Shown here: positions 39,401 through 47,960 of the stretch, piece by piece | Layout of the letters: each line of letters starts with the position of its first letter | How positions within the stretch are numbered: the first letter of the stretch is position 1 | Assembly: GCA_965203515.1 (NCBI GenBank) | Contig: OZ241907.1 | Location: forward strand, 3,616,001-3,680,000 | Direction of reading: 5' to 3' | DNA from: Spirochaetia bacterium | Lineage (GTDB): Bacteria > Spirochaetota > Spirochaetia > SZUA-6 > Bin103 | DNA: 64,000 nucleotides | Position numbers and translations under genes: made by a program | Notes under the pieces: generated by a model | Databases searched by the model: none | The model's input: only the letters and a program-made list of their open reading frames with translations | Told to the model about the DNA's origin: nothing

Positions 39401-42400
39401 GAAGACGACGGTGACGGCGAGTCTGAACCGAGCGTCGAGCGAGGCGGTGACGCTGACGGTGGCTGCGGCGGCGGGGACGAACGCGGCGGCGGGCGACTTC
39501 AGCCTGTCGAGCACGAAGACGCTGAGCATCGCCGCCGGGGCGACCAGCAGCACCGGCACGGTGACGGTGACGGCGGTGGACGACACGGTCGACGCGCCGG
39601 ACAAGGAAGTGACGGTAACGGCGGCGGTGAGCGGGGACAGCGGGATAGCGGCCCCCGCGGCGCAGACGCTGACGATCGAGGACGACGAAGCGGCGCCGGG
39701 GGTGACGTTGGCGCTGGCCGCCAGCGCGATCAACGAGAACGGCGGAACGACGACGGTGACGGCGACGCTGAGCCACGCGTCGAGCGCGGCGACGACGATA
39801 ACGGTACAGCCGGTGACGGGCGCCTACACGGTGGGGACGGACGCGACGATCGAGATCGCGGCGGGAGAGACGGCGAACGCGGCGGACAGCGTGACGATCA
39901 CGGCGGAGAACGACGCGATCAACAACGTCGGCGGCCAGCCGGTGACGGTGGGCGGCACGGCGCAGAACAGCCATGGCGTGGGGACGGTGACGGGAGCGAG
40001 CCTCACCTTCAAAGGGAGGCTGGTGCTGAATCGTGAGACGGGCGAAGCGGCGCCTGGGGTGACGCTGGCGGTGGCGGACTCGTCGATCGCCGAGAACGGC
40101 GGAACGACGACGGTGACGGCGACGCTGAGCCACGCATCGAGCGCGGCGACGACGATAACGGTGACGGCGGTAGACGGCGCCTACACGGTGGGGACGGACG
40201 CGACGATCGAGATCGGGGCGGGAGAGACGGCGAACGCGACGGACAGCGTGACGATCACGGCGGAGAACGACGCGATCGACAACGTCGGCGACCGGTCGGT
40301 GACGGTGAGCGGAACTGCGCAGAACAGCCAGGGCGTAGGGACCGTGACGGGAGCAAGCCTCACCCTCACGGATGACGAAGCGACGCCGACGGTGACGCTG
40401 GCCCTGAGCGCTGAGACGATCGACGAGCACGACGGGACGAATCCGGGGAAGACGACGGTGACGGCGAGTCTGAACCGGGCGTCGAGCGAGGCGGTGACGC
40501 TGACGGTGGCTGCGGCGGCGGGGACGAACGCGGTCGCAGGCGACTTCAGCCTGTCGAGCACGAAGACGCTGAGCATCGCGGCGGGAGCGACGACGAGCAC
40601 CGGAACGGTGACGGTGACGGCGGTCGACAACACGGCGGACGCGCCGGACAAGGAAGTGACGGTAACGGCGGCGGTGAGCGGGGACAGCGGGGTAGCGGCC
40701 CCGGCGAGCGTAACGCTGACGATCGAGGACGACGAAGCGGCGCCTGGGGTGACATTGGCGGTGGCCGACAGCGCGATCGCCGAGAACGGCGGAACGACGG
40801 CGGTGACCGCCACGCTGAGCCACGCGTCAAGCGCGGCGACGACGATCACCGTACAGCCGGTGTCAGGCGCCTACACGGTGGGCGATGACGCGACGATCGA
40901 GATCGGGGCGGGAGAGACGGCGAACGCGGCGGACAGCGTGACGATCACGGCCGTGAACGACGCGATCGACAACGTGGGCAACCGCACGGTGACGGTGAGC
41001 GGGACGGCGCAGAACAGCCAAGGCGTGGGGACGGTGACCGGCGCGGCGCTGACGCTGACCGACGACGAGGCGACGCCGACGGCGACGCTGGCGCTGAGCG
41101 CTGAGACGATCGACGAGCACGACGGGACGAATCCGGGGAAGGCGACGGTGACGGCGAGCCTGAACCGAGCGTCGAGCGAGGCGGTGACGCTGACGGTGGC
41201 TGCGGCGGCGGGAACGAACGCAGCGGCGGGCGACTTCAGCCTGTCGAGCACCACGACGTTGACGGTCGCGGCGGGCGCGACCAGCAGCACCGGAACGGTG
41301 ACGGTGACGGCGGTCGATAACACGACGGACGCGCCGGACAAGGAAGTGACGGTAACGGCGGCGGTGAGCGGGGACAGCGGGGTAGCGGCCCCGGCGAGCG
41401 TAACGCTGACGATCGAGGACGACGAAGCGGCGCCTGGGGTGACATTGGCGGTGGCCGACAGCGCGATCGCCGAGAACGGCGGAACGACGGCGGTGACCGC
41501 CACGCTGAGCCACGCGTCAAGCGCGGCGACGACGATCACCGTACAGCCGGTGTCAGGCGCCTACACGGTGGGCGATGACGCGACGATCGAGATCGGGGCG
41601 GGAGAGACGGCGAACGCGGCGGACAGCGTGACGATCACGGCCGTGAACGACGCGATCGACAACGTGGGCAACCGCACGGTGACGGTGAGCGGGACGGCGC
41701 AGAACAGCCAAGGCGTGGGGACGGTGACCGGCGCGGCGCTGACGCTGACCGACGACGAGGCGACGCCGACGGCGACGCTGGCGCTGAGCGCTGAGACGAT
41801 CGACGAGCACGACGGGTCGGTCGCTGGGTCGGCGACGGTGACGGCGAGTCTGAACCGGGCGTCGAGCGAGGCGGTGACGCTGACGGTAGCTGCGGCGGCC
41901 GGGACGAACGCGGCGGCGGGCGACTTCACGTTGTCGAGCACGAAGACGTTGAGCATCGCCGCGGGAGCGACCAGCAGCACCGGCACGGTGACGGTGACGG
42001 CGGTCGATGACACGACGGACGCGCCGGACAAGGAAGTGACGGTGACGGCGGCGGTGAGCGGGGACAGCGGGATAGCGGCCCCCGCGAGTGTGACGCTGAC
42101 GATCGAGGACGACGAAGCGGCGCCTGGGGTGACGCTGGCGGTTACGGACAGCGCGATCGCCGAGAACGGCGGGTCCACCACGGTGACCGCCACGCTCAGC
42201 CACGCATCGAGCGCGGCGACGACGATCACGGTGACGGCGGTGACGGGTGCCTACACGGTCGGGACCGACGCGACGATCGAGATCGGGGCGGGAGAGACGT
42301 CGAACGCGGCGGACACGGTGACGGTCACGGCGGTGAACGACGACGTGGACAACGTGGGCGACCGGTCGGTGACGGTGAGCGGGACGGCGCAGAACAGCCA

Positions 42401-45400
42401 GGGCGCCGGGAGCGTGACGGGCGCGGCGCTGACGCTGACCGACGACGAGGCGACGCCGACGGCGACGCTGGCGCTGAGCGCTGAGACGATCGACGAGCAC
42501 GACGGGACGAATCCGGGGAAGGCGACGGTGACGGCAAGTCTGAACCGTGCGTCGAGCGAGGCGGTGACGCTGACGGTGGCTGCGGCAGCGGGGACGAACG
42601 CGGCGGCGGGCGACTTCACGTTGTCGAGCGTGACGACGCTGAGTATCGCCGCCGGAGCGACCAGCAGCACCGGAACGGTGACGGTAACGGCGGTCGATAA
42701 CACGACGGACGCGCCGGACAAGGAAGTGACGGTAACGGCGGCGGTGAGCGGGGACAGCGGGATAGCGGCCCCGGCGGCGAAGACGCTGACGATCGAGGAC
42801 GACGAAGCGGCACCGGGCGTAACGCTGGCGGTCGCCGACAGCGCCATCGCCGAGAACGGCGGCACCACCACGGTGACCGCCACGCTCAGCCACGCGTCAA
42901 GCGCCGCGACGACGATCACCGTACAGCCGGTGACGGGCGCCTACACGGTGGGGGAGGACGCGACGATCACGATACCGGCCGGGGCAACGTCGAAGGCGGC
43001 GGACACGGCGACGATCACGGCGGTGAACGACGACGTGGACAACGTGGGCAACCGCACGGTGACAGTGAGCGGGACCGCGCAGAACGGCCAAGGCGTAGGG
43101 ACGGTGACCGGCGCGGCGCTGACGCTGACCGATGACGAGGTGACGCCGACGGCGACGCTGGCGCTGAGCGCTGAGACGATCGACGAGCACGACGGGACGA
43201 ATCCGGGGAAGACGACGGTGACGGCGACGTTGAACCGTGCGTCGAGCGAGGCGGTGACGCTGACGGTGGCTGCGGCAGCGGGGACGAACGCGGCGGCGGG
43301 CGACTTCAGCCTGTCGAGCACGAAGACGCTGAGCATCGCGGCGGGAGCGACGACGAGCACCGGAACGGTGACGGTGACGGCGGTCGATAACACGACGGAC
43401 GCGCCGGACAAGGAAGTGACGGTGACGGCGGCGGTGAGCGGCGACAGCGGGATAGCGGCCCCGGCGGCGAAGACGCTGACGATCGAGGACGACGAAGCCG
43501 CGCCAGGGGTGACCTTGGCCTTGGCCGACAGCGCCATCGATGAGAACGGCGGGTCCACCACGGTGACCGCCACGCTGAGCCACGCATCAAGCGCGGCGAC
43601 GACGATCACGGTGCAGCCGGTGACGGGCGCCTACACGGTGGGGTCGGACGCGACGATCGAGATCGCGGCGGGAGAGACGGCGAACGCGGCGGACAGCGTG
43701 ACGATCACGGCGGTGAACGACGCGATCGACAACGTGGGCAACCGCACGGCGACGGTGAGCGGAACGGCGCAGAACAGCCAGGGCGTAGGAACGGTGACCG
43801 GAGCGGCGCTGACGCTGACCGACGACGAAGCGACGCCGACCGTGACGCTGGCGCTGAGCGCTGAGACGATCGACGAGCACGACGGGGCGAATCCGGGGAA
43901 GGCGACGGTGACGGCAAGTCTGAACCGAGCGTCGAGCGAGGCGGTGACGCTGACGGTGGCAGCGGCGGCGGGGACGAACGCGGCGGCGGGCGACTTCAGC
44001 CTGTCGAGCACGAAGACGCTGAGCATCGCCGCCGGAGCGACCAGCAGCACCGGAACGGTGACGGTGACGGCGGTCGATAACACGACGGACGCGCCGGACA
44101 AGGAAGTGACGGTATCGGCGACGGTGAGCGGGGACAGCGGGATAGCGGCGCCGGCGAGCGTGACGCTGACGATCGAGGACGATGAAGCGGCGCCGGGGGT
44201 GACGCTGGCGGTGGCCGACAGCGCGATCGCCGAGAACGGCGGCTCCACCACGGTGACCGCCACCCTGAGCCACGCGTCGAGCGCCGCGACGACGATCACC
44301 GTACAGCCGGTGTCGGGCGCCTACACCGTGGGGTCGGACGCGACGATCACGATTGCTGCCGGGGCGACGGCGAACACGGCGGACACGGCGACGATCACGG
44401 CGGTGAACGACGACGTGGACAACGTGGGCAACCGCACGGTGACGGTGAGCGGAACTGCGCAGAACAGCCAAGGCGTAGGGACGGTGACGGGAGCAAGCCT
44501 CACCCTCACGGATGACGAGGCGATGCCGACGGCAACGCTGGCCCTGAGTCCTGAGACGATCGACGAGCACGACGGGACGAATCCGGGGAAGGCGACGGTG
44601 ACGGCAAGTCTGAACCGTGCGTCGAGCGAGGCGGTGACGCTGACGGTGGCTGCGGCAGCGGGGACGAACGCGGCGGCGGGCGACTTCACGCTGTCGAGCA
44701 CGAAGACGCTGAGCATCGCCGCCGGAGCGACCAGCAGCACCGGTACGGTGATGGTGACGGCGGTCGATAACACGACGGACGCGCCGGACAAGGAAGTGAC
44801 GGTGACGGCGGCGGTGAGCGGCGACAGCGGGATAGCGGCCCCCGCGAGTGTGACGCTGACGATCGAGGACGACGAAGCCGCGCCAGGGGTGACCTTGGCC
44901 TTGGCCGACAGCGCCATCGATGAGAACGGCGGGTCCACCACGGTGACCGCCACGCTCAGCCACGCGTCGAGCGCGGCGACGACGATCACGGTACAGCCAG
45001 TGTCAGGCGCCTACACGGCGGGGTCGGACGCGACGATCACGATTGCTGCCGGGGCGACGTCGAACTCGGCGGACACGGCGACGATCACGGCGGTGAACGA
45101 CGACGTGGACAACGTAGGCAACCGCACGGCGACGGTGAGCGGGACGGCGCAGAACAGCCAGGGCGTGGGGACGGTGACCGGAGCGAGCCTGACCCTCACG
45201 GATGACGAGGGAGCGCCGACGGCGACGCTGGCCCTGAGCCCTGAGACGATCGACGAGCACGACGGAACGAATCCCGGGAAGGCGACGGTGACGGCGACGT
45301 TGAACCGAGCGTCGAGCGAGGCGGTGACGCTGACGGTGGCCGCGGCGGCGGGGACGAACGCGGCGGCGGGCGACTTCACGTTGTCGAGCGCGAAGACGCT

Positions 45401-47960
45401 GAGCATCGCCGCCGGAGCGACCAGCAGCACCGGAACGGTGACGGTGACGGCGGTGGACAACACGACGGACGCGCCGGACAAGGAAGTGACGGTAACGGCG
45501 GCGGTAAGCGGGGACAGCGGAATAGCGGCGCCGGCGAGCGTGACGCTGACGATCGAGGACGACGAAGCGGCGCCTGGGGTGACGTTGGCGGTGGCGGATT
45601 CGTCGATCGCGGAGAACGGAGGATCGACGACGGTCACGGCGACGCTCTCCCACCCGTCGAGCGCCGCGACGACGATCACGGTACAACCGGTGTCGGGTGC
45701 CTACACCGTGGGGTCGGACGCGACGATCACGATCGGGGCGGGAGAGACGTCGAACGCGGCGGACACGGCGACGATCACGGCGGTGAACGACGCGATCGAC
45801 AACGCGGGCAACCGCACGGCGACAGTGAGCGGGACGGCGCAGAACAGCCAGGGCGTGGGAACGGTGACGGGAGCGAGCCTCACCCTCACCGACGACGAGG
45901 GAACGCCGACCGCGACGCTGGCGCTGAGCCCCGAGACGATCGACGAGCACGACGGGACGAATCCGGGGAAGGCGACGGTGACGGCGACGTTGAACCGAGC
46001 GTCGAGCGAGGCGGTGACGCTGACGGTGGCTGCGGCGGCCGGGACGAACGCAGCGGCGGGCGACTTCAGCCTGTCGAGCACGAAGACGCTGAGCATCGCC
46101 GCCGGAGCGACCAGCAGCACCGGTACGGTGACGGTGACGGCGGTCGATGACACGGTCGACGCGCCGGACAAGGAAGTGACGGTCACGGCGACGGTGAACG
46201 GGGACAGCGGGATAGCGGCCCCCGCGGCGCAGACGCTGACGATCGAAGACGACGAAGCGGCGCCTGGGGTGACGCTGGCGGTGGCCGACAGCGCCATCGC
46301 CGAGAACGGCGGGTCCACCACGGTGACGGCGACGCTGAGCCACCCGTCGAGCGCCGCGACGACGATCACGGTACAGCCGGTGACGGGCGCCTACACCGTG
46401 GGGTCGGACGTGACGATCACGATACCGGCCGGGGCGACGTCGAAGGCGGCGGACACGGCGACGATCACGGCGGTGAACGACGCGATCGACAACGTGGGCA
46501 ACCGCACGGTGACGGTGAGCGGGACGGCGCAGAACAGCCAGGGCGTGGGGACGGTGACGGGAGCGAGCCTGACCCTCACCGACGACGAAGCGACGCCGAC
46601 GGCGACGCTGGCGCTGAGCGCTGAGACGATCGACGAGCACGACGGAACGAATCCCGGGAAGACGACGGTGACGGCGAGCCTGAACCGAGCGTCGAGCGAG
46701 GCGGTGACGCTGACGGTGGCCGCGGCGGCGGGGACGAACGCGGCCGCAGGCGACTTCAGCCTGTCGAGCACGAAGACGCTGAGCATCGCCGCCGGAGCGA
46801 CCAGCAGCACCGGTACGGTGACGGTGACGGCGGTCGACGACACGGTCGACGCGCCGGACAAGGAAGTGACGGTGACGGCGACGGTGAGCGGGGACAGCGG
46901 GATAGCGGCGCCGGCGAGCGTGACGCTGACGATCGAGGACGACGAAGCGGCGCCGGGGGTGACGCTGGCGGTGGCCGACAGCGCGATCGACGAGAACGGC
47001 GGCACGACGACGGTGACCGCCACGCTGAGCCACGCATCGAGCGCGGCGACCACCATCACGGTGACCGCGGCAGACGGCGCCTACACGGTGGGGTCGGACG
47101 CGACGATCACGATACCGGCCGGGGCGACGTCGAAGGCGGCGGACACGGCGACGATCACGGCGGTGGACGACGCGATCGACAACACGGTCAACCGGACGGC
47201 GACGGTGAGCGGGACGGCGCAGAACGGCCAGGGCGTGGGGACGGTGACCGGAGCGAGTCTCACCCTCACCGACGACGAGGGAGCGCCGACCGCGACGCTG
47301 GCGCTGAGTGCCGAGACGATAGTCGAACACGACGGGACGAATCCTGGGAAGGCGACGGTGACGGCGAGCCTGAACCGGGCGTCGAGCGAGGCGGTGACGC
47401 TGACGGTGGCCGCAGCGGCCGGGACGAACGCGGCGGCGGGCGACTTCACGCTGTCGAGCACGAAGACGCTGAGCATCGCGGCGGGAGCGACGACGAGCAC
47501 CGGAACGGTGACGGTGACGGCGGTGGACGACACGGTCGACGCCCCGGACAAGGAAGTGACGGTAACGGCGGCGGTGAGCGGCGACAGCGGGATAGCGGCG
47601 CCTGCGAGCGTGACGCTGACGATCGAGGACGACGAGGCGGCGCCGGGGGTGACGTTGGCGGTGGCCGACAGTGCGATCGCCGAGAACGGCGGCACGACGA
47701 CGGTGACCGCCACGCTCAGCCATGCGTCGAGCGCGGCGACGACGATCACGGTGACAGCGGTAGACGGGGCCTACACGGTGGGGACCGACGCGACGATCGA
47801 GATCGCGGCAGGAGAGACGGCGAACGCTGCGGACACGGCGGGGATCACGGCGGTGGCCGACGCGGAAAGCACCGGCGACCGCACGGTGACGGTGACCGGA
47901 ACGGCGCAGAACAGCCAGGGCGCGGGGGAGGTGACCGGAGCGGAGCTGACCCTCCGCGAC
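32420..47960 (+). repeat. Tandem array of 690-bp (230-aa) two-domain units: 21 B domains and ~24 A domains
   Basis: The ETI(D/V)EHDG landmark recurs 21 times from 32788 to 47320 at a 690-bp period. Exceptions are 723, 675 and twice 1047 bp. Confidence 0.95.

Noticed and set aside
32420..47960. Repeat array as CRISPR or non-coding satellite
   Set aside because: The units are 690 bp, in frame, vary mostly at synonymous or conservative positions and have no unique spacers. No cas genes are present.
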